Below are positions 37,791-49,811 of a stretch of 64,000 bases of DNA, in pieces. Below the pieces are notes generated by a model. The model was not told where the DNA came from. It saw only the letters and a list, made by a program, of their open reading frames with translations, and made no database searches. The stretch is from Blasia pusilla (lineage: Eukaryota). The DNA lies in assembly GCA_050084515.1 (NCBI GenBank), contig CM114271.1:17050001-17114000 (forward strand). Reading direction: 5' to 3'. Each line of letters starts with the position of its first letter. Positions within the stretch are counted from its first letter, which is position 1. Made by a program: the position numbers and the translations under genes.

Positions 37791-40700
37791 CGAAATATTA
37801 TACAAGGGTAGTTATTTTCAAAATGTACATATTAGAATCCAAAAGTTGAAGTAGTTAGTTCTATTCATAATGATTGGTATCCAACACATCCACAAGCACC
37901 CCTATTCCCTCATCTTCTATCATTCGTGTCGTTCTATTCCCTTTTACTCATAATGAGTTTATCCGATGGATCTAATATTTTCCCATTAAAAGTCTACTAG
38001 TAAGATACCCGTATGATGAACCCTTACAATGGCGAGGTTGATGTAATTTAAAATTTTAACTATAAGTATATGAGGGGACATGTGGCAAGATTTTGTGGGT
38101 CAAAATTGCAAGGAGTCAATGTCTCATGTAAGCATCGCAAGATGGGTGTCCCTAATAATATTATCAATAAATTCAATCAAAAGGAAAATGCCTGAAGAAC
38201 TAATCCTCCAAAGACCAAACCTCGTGTCAAAAACACCTTAAAAACTGCCCACTAATCATTCCTCTATATCACATATTTGAGTGGGTCATTTGATTGTATA
38301 AGCCGAAGGTCTAAATATAAAAGCACCTGAAATTAGAAAGTGATGTAGATTGCATAATGGGATCCTTTGTTCCCCCTTCCCATCGGAAAGAAACGGATGG
38401 AAATAATTGTCTTTTCGACTACGAGGCCGTTGGTTACGACAAGGCATTTTTTGGCTAAGAGCGATGATCGCCATGACGGGAGTCGGGCGAGAAACTTCAA
38501 AACCAGAAGAAGGTCAAGGATATTTTTGGAAACCAATTGTTTTTATGTATGGGAATAACACTAATTGGAAATTTTAGGAGTAAATGGAGGCATGATTAGG
38601 GTTTTCAATCCGTATCAAGTTCATTTATCTTCACTTGTGGGGACAACAAAGGATGGGTCTTCATTTCATGCTTGCCTTTACACTAGTCACTAAGGTAACA
38701 AGAATTTCAGGCAAGGAAAGTGTTACATCCTATCTTATTATTTGTGTAAGCTTCTTACATTGTCAAACTCTAAAAATTTTGCCATTTGTCTGTGGATTAG
38801 AGAGGGTACACAAATGCTTTCTATTAGATTCCAAACTAACATGTACTATATTTGACGTCGGATTAGGACATTGGATTTAGGGTAATTGGTTAGGGAGAGG
38901 ATGGTATCGATACATATGACGAATATCAAAAAAATGTGTCTATTCAATACACTATTTCCATTGCCAAATTTGTGGACTTAAACTATCAATAGGTTCAATT
39001 TTCATTCCAAGGAAGGATTAGATTAAATTAAATTAGTTCCAAACTCATGTTTTGTAGGGAGCAAAAATTAAACCTTTTACCTTAATCAAGTTCTCCTTGA
39101 ACTTTCATTCCTTAAGAAGATTGGTTTTGAATTACCCTTCTTTTTTTTTGTTAAGGGTTAACAAAAGGATTAGTACACTCTTTTTTGGTCGTTACGTGTT
39201 TTCTTTTAAAAAATAAAAACTGAGCAGATATAATTTTACAAGTAGCCTTGATTCTTATTTCCTCAGTAATTTGTTGCCTTTAAAAAATTATCCACAAAAA
39301 ATAATTTGATGGAACTATTTTTTGTGTATGACACAACGTTCAAGCTATTTTTTCTACATGCCCCGAATGGATTCGCGCCTTCTTAGGACCCCTTTCCATG
39401 CGACCGAGGTCGTCAAGATGTCACGAGGATCCAGTCCCACTGTTTCGGAACTTGGCTGATCCGACGGATGAGATTCATGGGACTTCGACAGAATTCACGC
39501 CCTCAGAACAAAGGGCGCAAATATGTGCGGCCCATCGGAACCCCCGCTAGAAGAAAATAAGGATGGTCGCTGCGATTGGCAAGGAGCCGACCCCATGGGA
39601 CCGGGTCCTTAGTATTCCATCTTTTGAGACGGGGATGTCAAAATCCCCCCACCCCCATGCCATTTTAACTTCTATCAAAATCACTTTGATTATGGCCCCT
39701 ACTAAGGGTGCATAAAGTTGGCTCTCGACGGTGGCCGTGACACGTCTGTTGTGAGTGCAAAGGCACATCAGGGTGTCCACATGTTAAATTGGCGTACGTG
39801 GCAAGTGCATATCCGTCGGATGATTGCAAGGGTTTTAGGTTAGTCTCAAGATGTGCACAACACACTACTAGGAGAAAGGTTCGTAACATTAGTGGGCAAC
39901 TTTGAATTTGTGAGACAGGGCTAAGATCGAGCAGAATTGAAAGCGAGGTTGTAGGTTGGCTCCATTTTTTATCGATGCGTTATGAATGGATAGGGTGTGC
40001 TTGTGTGTGAGTGTCGAGTTTTATTTAGTTGGGGAAAAAATTATCTTCTTTTCGATGCACGAATTTCTCACCCGCCACCATTCTGGCTCATGTGCTCTCC
40101 CACACCCTGCGCAATTGCTATGTGCATTACTTACTTTGAGTGCATGACAGCGCCTACGCTATTTGTGGAGTTTTCTCTTGTTGCCATGCCACGGATCCTG
40201 CCGATTTCAAATGCTACCTATTGATAGTATGCCTGAGGCGCCCTACATCACCTTAAGCAGTGATTGCTATGTTTCCCTCTACCCCGAATTTTATCTATTC
40301 TTAGCATGCACGAGACGATTAACACCATGCTAAGCAAAAAATTTTATGCTTGGATATTACTCACTTAATGCGACACGGGCGTAGAGTTATTGCTTGCCAT
40401 TTTTTGTTGTGCGATACTTTCTGGGCTTCATACCGACTTTACTTTCCTATACACGTTGCAGAATTGAACATAGATCCTTGGCAATGCGAATTTTCATTAC
40501 GGTCCCTACTAAGGGTGCGTAGAGTTGGCTCTCAATGGTGGCCGTGATGCTACTATGTCTAGAATAGTCCTTGCTAGGCATTATGCACAATGCCCGAGGC
40601 TGCCTGTGTCTGCTGCCGCGCGGTCTGGAGATTTTCCAGGCCCGTTCATGGTGTATCTTATGGCTTTAACTCACCGTCTCCGTTAGGAATCAGCAAGATG

Positions 40701-42181
40701 GATGCAACCAAGGCCTACGATGACAGGTATTCCTTTCCTATCTCTATTTGCGGATGTTTGTTGCGGATCAAGGTTTATTGTCAGAAGAATTATGAATTCG
40801 TCTCTTGACCAACTTGGTCATGATTTAGGTGTTAGGGCTTCCCGATGCTAATTGTTTAGTTCAAAGTCAGGATTCGGGCTTTCCTATCTCTACTCAAGGG
40901 ACTCTCCCGATACGATTTGCATAGAGTGATTTCAAAATTGATTGTTAGGTGGGCTTCAGTACTACAATTCGCTGTTCCCACAGTTCTCGGGTGTGCCCTC
41001 CAGAGACGCCTTATGCATTCTACTCTTAACTGCTTAGCCATTCTGAGTGTTTCCAGCCACCTCAATGTCACTGCACTTCCCATTCGCAAGATTTGTAATG
41101 AACTTACTGCTGGTTCAAGTGGTCCAGTAATTTGAATTAGTGTTCTCGGCCTTCCGCCAACATGGCGCCAAGTTATTGCAAAGCAACTTATTTCAGTTAT
41201 GCACCTTTGCCGCTCGGTGGTGCAAGTCCTATATGCTTTTTCCGAGCATAGTTTGCACATTAGCGCAATCTCACATGTGTATTGTGGATGTTGTAAACTA
41301 ACGTGGCGCTTTTGTGTGTAGTCGACTTTGCAAGGCTTGCAAGGTAGTAAATCTGGCATTCAGGTGTGTCACCTGCCAGTGCTCCTTATCCTTTCAACCA
41401 AGTATATACTATTCAATTATGCAGTTTCTCTGCCTGCCCAAATCCTAACATGTCTCCGTTCATTCCATGTTTTTACTATCGTGAGTGTAACTAGCTTAGT
41501 AAACATCTGTGTGTTGCTTTGCATGGTTCTGAAAAATTTCTCACGATGTTCAGATCTTTTTGATGCACTTACACTAGCGATAAACTGGGTGCCACTGTGG
41601 GCAAGCAAAGCACTGAAGAGTCTTATTTAGGATTTTTTGTTAGAGCCGCTGATTCACTCCTGCGAGTTTCCACAATAATTAAACCACGGACTAGTAAGAT
41701 TGCTCCATTTCTCTCTACTCTCATAGCTTGGCGAGGTTGTGGCCTCCCTCACACTGGAATCATCTATCCCTATCGTAACCTCTGCAGCACAACTCAGCTT
41801 GCTCTGTTGTGTCGATGAGCAATTTCATGGTGCCCCATCATTTCATTACCCAAGGCATTCACTCGCTGCCGGAATCAGATGTCCGCATTGATCCTTGGTA
41901 CACCTTTCACTTGCTGCTGGAATAAGACGTCCAATGCCCATCGTTGGCAAACCTGTCTTGTTTATATCGACGCATAGCTTTACGTATTCATAGAAAAATG
42001 CACTTCTCATTAAAATCACCAACCATGCTGCCCGTTTCTTCTGGTGGTAACCGTGCAACCCTTCTAATGTAGCTTGCCCGTTGCATCTGTGTAACGCTTA
42101 CAATGAATTATGCTCCTACTTACATCCATCACCCTTGTTCCCCACAGAGTTGACCAAGCTTCATCAGAGACTAAAATTGGA

Positions 42182-42355
42182 ACCTGCAACTTCATTGCCC
42201 TTCATTGCTTCAATGGCACAGCTGCAATAAGGTGCCAGCCGGACTCTTGCTACTACCATTTTCTTCAGACCTGCACGCTAATTGCCTTTCATTACTTCAA
42301 TGGCACAACTGCGTTAGGGCATGGGCCTGACTCTTTCTACTGCCATTCTCTTCCC
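42182..42355. repeat. 87-bp tandem duplication upstream of the Helitron Rep ORF
   Basis: acctgca...ttcatt(g/a)cttcaatggcaca...gactctt.ctact.ccatt at 42182 and 42269. Confidence 0.8.
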
Positions 42356-42535
42356 ACCTGTCCACTCTGCATGAACCCACCATACTTTCTTAATATGTTT
42401 CGGATCTCAATGTTGAACCTATATACCCAAAGAAGGCGTTTTGTCCCACTCCCAACCAACGTAGCCATTTATTCCATGTATAATTGGTGAGTCTTAACTG
42501 GCTACACTACAAACTACTCTACAATTGATAATTCA

Positions 42536-45500
42536 ATGTGCCTTATTAATGGCCACAACTTCCGTAGACGAAAGGGTACGACTTCTCAAGAAATAGCACA
42601 TAAACAGAGGATGCTTTATTGCAAGACTCACGCAAAGTTAAGACTTGCCAACGCTATGAAGTCAAAGCAGAGGTATGTGTGTTGGATATGGCTAGACATT
42701 CATACATTATTAAAACGCTCGACTTCCCCGTGTTCATCGTTCGTTACCAAAATGAGATGTTGTGGCTATTGTGGAACTATGAGCTATTACACCCCAACTT
42801 GCGGCATGAGAACTATCACCTCACATGTATATCCACCCTATGCCCTGTGCAATGGATACATGGCTAGCTATGTTATTCCAATTGTTGCATCCTTCTATAC
42901 ATGCCGCCGTTATGTTTTGTCTGTTGGTGACACTACATGTAATGTTTATATGACGCGTGCTTATATTCGAGATATATTGGAGGTGAATCCCATGCATCTT
43001 CAACTATTGTCTTTCATTGACTCCAATATAGGTATCAAGGCCAAATACAATGGCTTTCATAGGGGTTTTTTTCAAGTAAATTCCCTCATTGACTATCCCT
43101 TGATTTCTTGGAGTTCATCCACTGCTACACCTATTGATCTTGACTTCATCTATAGGCAGGTGAAGAAATTTCTCTTAGTTAATCTACGGGTTAACAAGCT
43201 GTATCTACATTACATGGCTCTCATTGAACTCTCTAATCCAAGGTGTGGTCTGGTGGTATTACCATCTTCATTTTTTTATACTATTCTTAAGGCATCTGAA
43301 GAAAAAGGAGAGCTTATGCATAGTATGGCAGCCGACCAATATAGTACAAAATTTATTGTTCTTCAAGATGTTCAATACTCTTTACCTATTAAAAAATGTA
43401 AGTTATACAATATTTTTCACAATGGCAATGTATTTTTCAAAGACAGTGCCGAAACGAGAGATCAGTTCCTCAGTGATAATGAGATTTCAATTTATTCACA
43501 ATTGACTATTGAAATAGGTATCTCCCCATTCCTGTTTCCCTACACGAGAGGGTATTTCACATGTGAGTTATCATTTTTTTATTACATGCGAATCCAGATA
43601 GGGGAGCTTTTTAGTGTCTTCACGTTGTATAAACCATATGCCCTACTCGTGCACCAATTACGATCGTCCATAATTATAGCCTCTTCTAGTCGTACATGCA
43701 TTCTTAATAGAGAACTCCAATATTTGAAGCGTACAAACTCGGACTTATCGAGCAAGGAGATTTATTCCCAGCTTTCTAGACATACCTTTACTGCTTGGAA
43801 GTCCATCTTGGCATCACCGTCACCTCGAGGATTTAAGGGCTATGGTAGCAAAATGGGGAATGCCCAATTTTTTTTTGATATTGACCTTGGACGAGGTGTC
43901 TGATACAAAGTGGCAAGAAATCATTGAGATTGAACAAGTAGTACAAAAGCTAAATCCCAAGTTTTCATGGAGGGACGCTCCAATTGAGTGCGCAATCTTA
44001 TTTCACACAAGGTTCAAGACATTTTTCAGTTATTACATACTTTTTGGGCCTCAGATTCTTGGCCGTGTCACCAACTACCTAATCCGATATGAGCTACAAG
44101 GTAGAAGGAGTCTTCCTGCTCATATAATTCAGTGGATCAGCAAAGACGACATTAATCACGTAGCATCTGAAATATGTTGTTACATACCTGTCGTATCCTG
44201 TTATGTTCACAAGAGGGCTAGCCATGCTGATCCACCACATACGCTCCATCACTATGTGACTACAAAACAAATCCATACATGCAAATAGGAGGTATGTATC
44301 ATTAAGGCAACTAAAACCCGTCCACACTACTGTCGAATGGGATTTTCCAGCAAACCAAGTTTTTCATTGCAGCCATTCATTGATAATAAAACTTTGAAGT
44401 GGACATATTATAGGCCTAGGGAATCTCACCGCAATGTCATATCGTATCATCTGGCCATCCTACTCTTAAGGGGGGCACACATGAACCTACAAAGGGTCAC
44501 CAATGTTTAGTGGTCATTCTATTTACTAAAATATGCACTAAAGTGTGAACCACATGGAGCACTAAACATTACAACAGAGTGTGCACGATGTCTGGGACTA
44601 GAGGGTCTAGATGAAGTTAGGTTGAAGTTAATATCTTGGCTTGTACTTAATAGATTTGTGTCATCTAGTGAAGCTGCTCTCACATCCCCTAAAATCCCCA
44701 TCATTTGTAGGTCTTAGTCCGTTTAATATATTGACTCAAGCCCGCCACACAGATGAACCCACCTATACAAGAATGCCACGATTCTCTCCATACACCCAAC
44801 TATATTATACTCCTATCGACCGGACTCATTGTCTCAACGGACCTTTTTTCAGTTCTGGTCTTCTTATTAAATTCATAAGGCTCATAGTAAAGATAGTATT
44901 GCTTTTCTAGGACACGACTTGCTTGGAAACTTAATTTATAGAATTGATCGGCTGGTCCGCTTTACAAAATTCCATCCGATGCACTAGTGGAACGAGTTTT
45001 TCTATACTACTTTATTGCGAGGTGTTGCTTTTAGAGCAGAAACAGAGCTACTTAGTGTTGTTTCTCCACAGTGGTCCTATCTCCATGAATGTATCTACCG
45101 AGGCATATTTACAGATCAGTCCTTAATTGTGGATGAAATCATAAGACATATGGATGCGAACATGTAGAGTGAAGTTCATGCTGGTGAGATCATTTTTAAA
45201 GCCCAGACCTTTTTCGTCCTCACTTACAATTCAACATTCCTCTTGACCCATACACAACACAGACCTTCCACTCTAGCCATATTATCACTGAGGACCAATG
45301 TTCACAAACCCAGATACCCAATAATATCCTTAACCCAGAGAAACTTCACCTTTTCCATAGTATTAAGGATCTGAAAATCCGGCCTTATCATGTTAGCGAG
45401 ACCACATGGTTGTGGAAAAACCTTTTTCATGCATTTCATGCAAAAATATTTGACCAATACCTCTGTTGTTTCACTGATGGCTGCCACAATAGCGATTAAT

Positions 45501-46569
45501 GGTATTCGCCTATATGCTAGTGCCATCACTGTTCACTCTACTTTCGCTATCTCAATTAAAGGGGACCTTCCATCCATGCACACTGCTTCGAATCAATACA
45601 TGCCTAAAAAAGGCCTAGGTCATTGTTATAGACAAGTGTTCTATGTTAACACCCCGCCTGGTGTAGATTGTTGCCATGAGATTACATCAAGTGTCCTCCT
45701 GTCCACACTTGGATCCATTTTTAGAGAAACTTGTTGTATTGGTCGGTGAATTATCACATCTCCCGCCAGTATGTCGGCACAAGTCGGCCAAAATTTTCTT
45801 ATTATGTCACATCTCATCTTCGCCCTTTTACATTGATATGACCAAATATCATCTCTCTGTGGCAATAAGACATAGCAATGACCTTCCCTTTTTAAGTTTT
45901 CTATCACAGGTCAGTGTCAGGAGACCAACTCAAGATGAAATAAACTACAACATGCATCTCTGTTTTGTCGATGAGAATAGTGCTATTGACTTTGTGAATG
46001 AAGACACACAAGTTGTTTGCTCTTATAGTTCTGATGTGTAAATATTTAACCTTATTGCATTGCAAAGAATATATGGCATTGCTGAAATATTTCATGTATA
46101 TGTTTCAACTGATCCGCCAAGTGACCCGAATTTGCATCATTGGATAAATGACAGTCACTTTCACCAGCTCCAATATCTTGCCATTGGTTGCAGGGTATTG
46201 TTAACTTCAAACATTGATATGGCAAAATATGCCATAAATGGTGCTGCTGCAACTGTCATTGAATGTGTTCAGGATTGCCACCATGTAACAACTATTATTG
46301 TTAGGTTGCATTCCAATAACAACACTTTGCGAAGAACAAGAACAAAATTCTCCACTATTCGATATGGTCCAAAAGAGAAGTACCACAAAAGAACATTTCC
46401 TCTCATGCTTGGCTATGTAATGATAGGCCATAAAAGTCAAGGCCTCACCATCCAGGGAAGATGCTTGCTTGTGATAAAATCAGCTTCTGCACCTGGTCTT
46501 GTATACGTTATGTTGTCAAGAGTTAAAACTACCACTCAATTACGCATTCTTGGTCTCTCTCCCCATTAG
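42536..46569 (+). mobile_element. Helitron-type Rep (HUH)/PIF1 helicase coding region, decayed; element termini not resolved
   Basis: Rep: AMVAKWGMPNFFLILT, RYELQGRRSLPAH (motif 2, first His lost), YLLKYALK (motif 3). PIF1: RPHGCGKT, TVHSTF, VGELSHLPPV, GCRVLLTSNID, FPLMLGY..IGHKSQGLT, GLVYVMLSRVKT. Many frameshifts. Confidence 0.92.
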
Positions 46570-46651
46570 ACTTTGATGTATTCACTCAATCACAATTTCT
46601 GCTGCCATTCTCTTACTCCTTGCTTGTGCACAATGGACACCCTTTACTAGT

Positions 46652-47693
46652 ATGGCAAGTAGCGATGGATCAACAAGGAGTTGTAGGAAGAAATCTACTG
46701 CATCAGCTTCACCAGTTCCACCTCCAGATAAGTTGGCGATACAAGCAGTACCTACACGCCACTCCACAATATTTCTAAGTGACAACACTTTGCCTGAGAA
46801 GCAACATGTTCTAGCTATACCCGGGCCGATAAGTTACCAAGATGATCAACAGAACCAGCAAGCTACTGAGGTTTGTGTATGAAGATATTTTGCTCTTACC
46901 AATTATAAACCTTGTTTCCTATAACCGACTACCAAATTGTCAGGTATCAAGGTCATATGTTAACTTTTCCAAGATGATTTTAAATGATATGCCCGAGCTA
47001 CCTTACAACAACCGTCCCCAAATTATTCCGCCAACTGATGCCCAGTTGAGGTATTCTTATACCCTAGGCCTAGACCAAACTTACTATGGAGGAGAAATCT
47101 CTAGCCGACAGATGAGCCGACTCATTGATGAGAGGAAGGCCTGGGCTGCATCATTCAAAGAGTTGAAGAAGCAACCCCCGCAACAGGTAGCTTATTCACT
47201 TTCTCTTGTCTTTCATTTTTTACAATGTGGCTATACATGTTATTTAATCATGTTTAACATTGGCTTACTTATCCAATCAGGTATTCAGAAGGAGGTGATG
47301 GTGCATAAGGTTGTGCCTTTCAACGAGCTAGACTTAACACGTCAGCAAGCAACTACTCACTTTACACTGCTTACAGATGGCATAAAACCGGACCAATTTC
47401 AAGAATTGAGAGTGATCATGAAGCTCCTTGTTGACATGTTGGTAGATCTGATCTCCGCGAAAGCATCCCACCTTCTTTCTCGCCTTAAAGCTGCCCATGA
47501 AGATGGGACCATATCGAAGTTGCCTAATGCTGATCAACACAGTATTGCCGATGCTATTCACAATTATGCTCTAGTGTTGAGCTCCAAAGGGGCATCTGGA
47601 AGTAGATCCAGCTCTATCCATTTCCAGAACAACAACCTTTCTTACTACGGTCCCCCACTTCCAGACTCTCCCAACAAATGCAAGTGTGCATGA
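46652..47693 (+). CDS. Putative spliced orphan gene (~288 aa, no recognised domain) directly downstream of the Helitron helicase
   Basis: GT-AG intron 46871-46943 joins ORF 46652 in frame to ORF 46842; a second candidate in-frame intron at 47187-47288 removes a T-rich segment; no stop until 47691-47693. Confidence 0.5.
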
Positions 47694-49811
47694 ACAACAT
47701 ACCCTAGATACACTTAGTTTAACGTTGTGTTGTCTTTTCATTTCTTCCTAACTACTATACCAACTCACTTCATCTCTCATCAAGCATACTGGTGTTATGA
47801 ACAACCCACATATCTCGTCAGCTCACAGGGATTCTAGCTGCAACACCTATGTTACTAAGCTTTAGCTGTGATTGATTCACACAGACCAGCGCTCTTGATT
47901 TTTATCATATAAGTTGAATGAGTGCACACTCATTCCACTATTTTTGTCCGGCTTATACGTTTCCTACTCATGTAGTTTGCAATACGACATCACCCTACAC
48001 ATGGACTTTTGCCTTAAGCTTTATGTGCATTTTTTTTTACAGGATTTTAAGCATATTTGGTTTTTTATAATTTTATCCTACATATGGCGTACTGCATATG
48101 TACGTTGATCCATGTAATTCCATACTTATATCCTACCAAATTTATAAGGTGCTATCACCTCGATGAGTGTCGCTCTACCATATGTATCGTTGTGTCAGTT
48201 CGAGTCTATCATTTGCCCTTGTATTTGCATATGTTATGTATCAGAACTTTTATGGACATGCTCAATCGAATGTCAACAACGGTTGTATCATTTTCGGTTA
48301 GGACATAGAGATTTGTCTTCTTTGTGCAGAAAAAAAGGTCACCAACTCAACAAGTAGCGATTATAGGACACCCCTGAAGCGCGACAATACTACTGTTAGT
48401 AAGCAAAAGGCCAACAATTTGAAGCAACCTGTTAGTCCTTCTTAAGTCGCACATCGACAACATGCTGGTCCAAGTGGTCTGACTAGCATTCCATTATACA
48501 TTTTTGATGCTTCCCTTAACAATATTGAGTGCACTAAGGCGCGACTCAATCAGTCTGAAGCACGGTACAAATCACTTCCAGACGTGTTGGCATACCTAGA
48601 CAAAGATGAGCATGATGCAATCAACACGATTGTGAAGCTCAGAGATCATATTAGTACTATTTCAATTAAGGTGCTCAATTTTAGCAAGTATGATGCTGAT
48701 AACTACCCAAACGACAAATCTTTTGCCCATGAAATTTTAGATGTTATATCAGCCATAGATATCTGATGTTGTTTTTCCTATTTTCCACTTTCACCTCTCT
48801 GTACTTGTTGAGTCTCAGGGTGGATTTTGTAACACGTGCACTTCGCGACCACATTTTGCAACGCTTATCGCTGCAAAATATCGGTTGAATATAAATTGAA
48901 TGCGCTTCATTTTGCAAATCTAACCACATCCTGATCATTCTTCCCACTTTTCAACTAACTGTTGTTGAGTTACGATGCACTTTATTGTATGCTTTTCAAT
49001 CAAGTGTTGTAGACCTGCAAAGTTATATCACGTTGTTTACTTGTAGTTCAATTCAGATGGATTCATTGCATCATTTGTGTATGTTGGCAGTTTAACACTT
49101 TTGATGTTTTACAACTCATGTAACTTACCTCTTTCTCGTAGCAATATCATTGCATTCATCTTCTCTGAATGTACACTTCTTACATGTTTGCACCAGTCGT
49201 ACCAACAAGTATTCCACAATATTCAGAAATTCAACTCCTGCATCTCACTTATTGCACACATTGTCGATCTTATTATCTCTGCTCATATGCACTGCTTTTG
49301 CAAGTTACCCCTAAACTTGCGCACATGCGGTCTACAAACTTGCACTAGATTGATACAAGAGATGGTCTAGTAAACTAATTACTTCTGCTCAATTGTATCT
49401 ACATGTCTCGAACTTTCCGAAAAAACTACTTGAGATTTAAATCGGTCGACTTTGAAGCCTTGACAACAAGGCTTAATACTTACGTGACCTTCACTAGCTC
49501 TAATACACATCTACTATGCAAGTCCGCTAAATCTTAAAATGGTCAAGCAGTGCATGAGGTTTGTTTCTCAATAACATACACATTCATTCTTGTGCTTTCG
49601 CCATTCAATCGTTATGGTCTAATAATAATCAGTTCAGAATATACACACATTTATTCCACTAATCTGCACTTCCCCTAGATTCTTCGATCGAAATCCGACG
49701 GCTGTAATTCACTATATGATACAGAGGGCCGCATAATTGTTTTACTTTCGTGAGTGTGGGGTCGGGGTGGGGGGACCTATGAAGGGAGGGGCCGAACGAT
49801 ATTAACGTAGG

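Noticed and set aside
39644-49774. 12-bp inverted match tccccccacccc / ggggtgggggga as Helitron termini
   Set aside because: Low-complexity match; may be chance.
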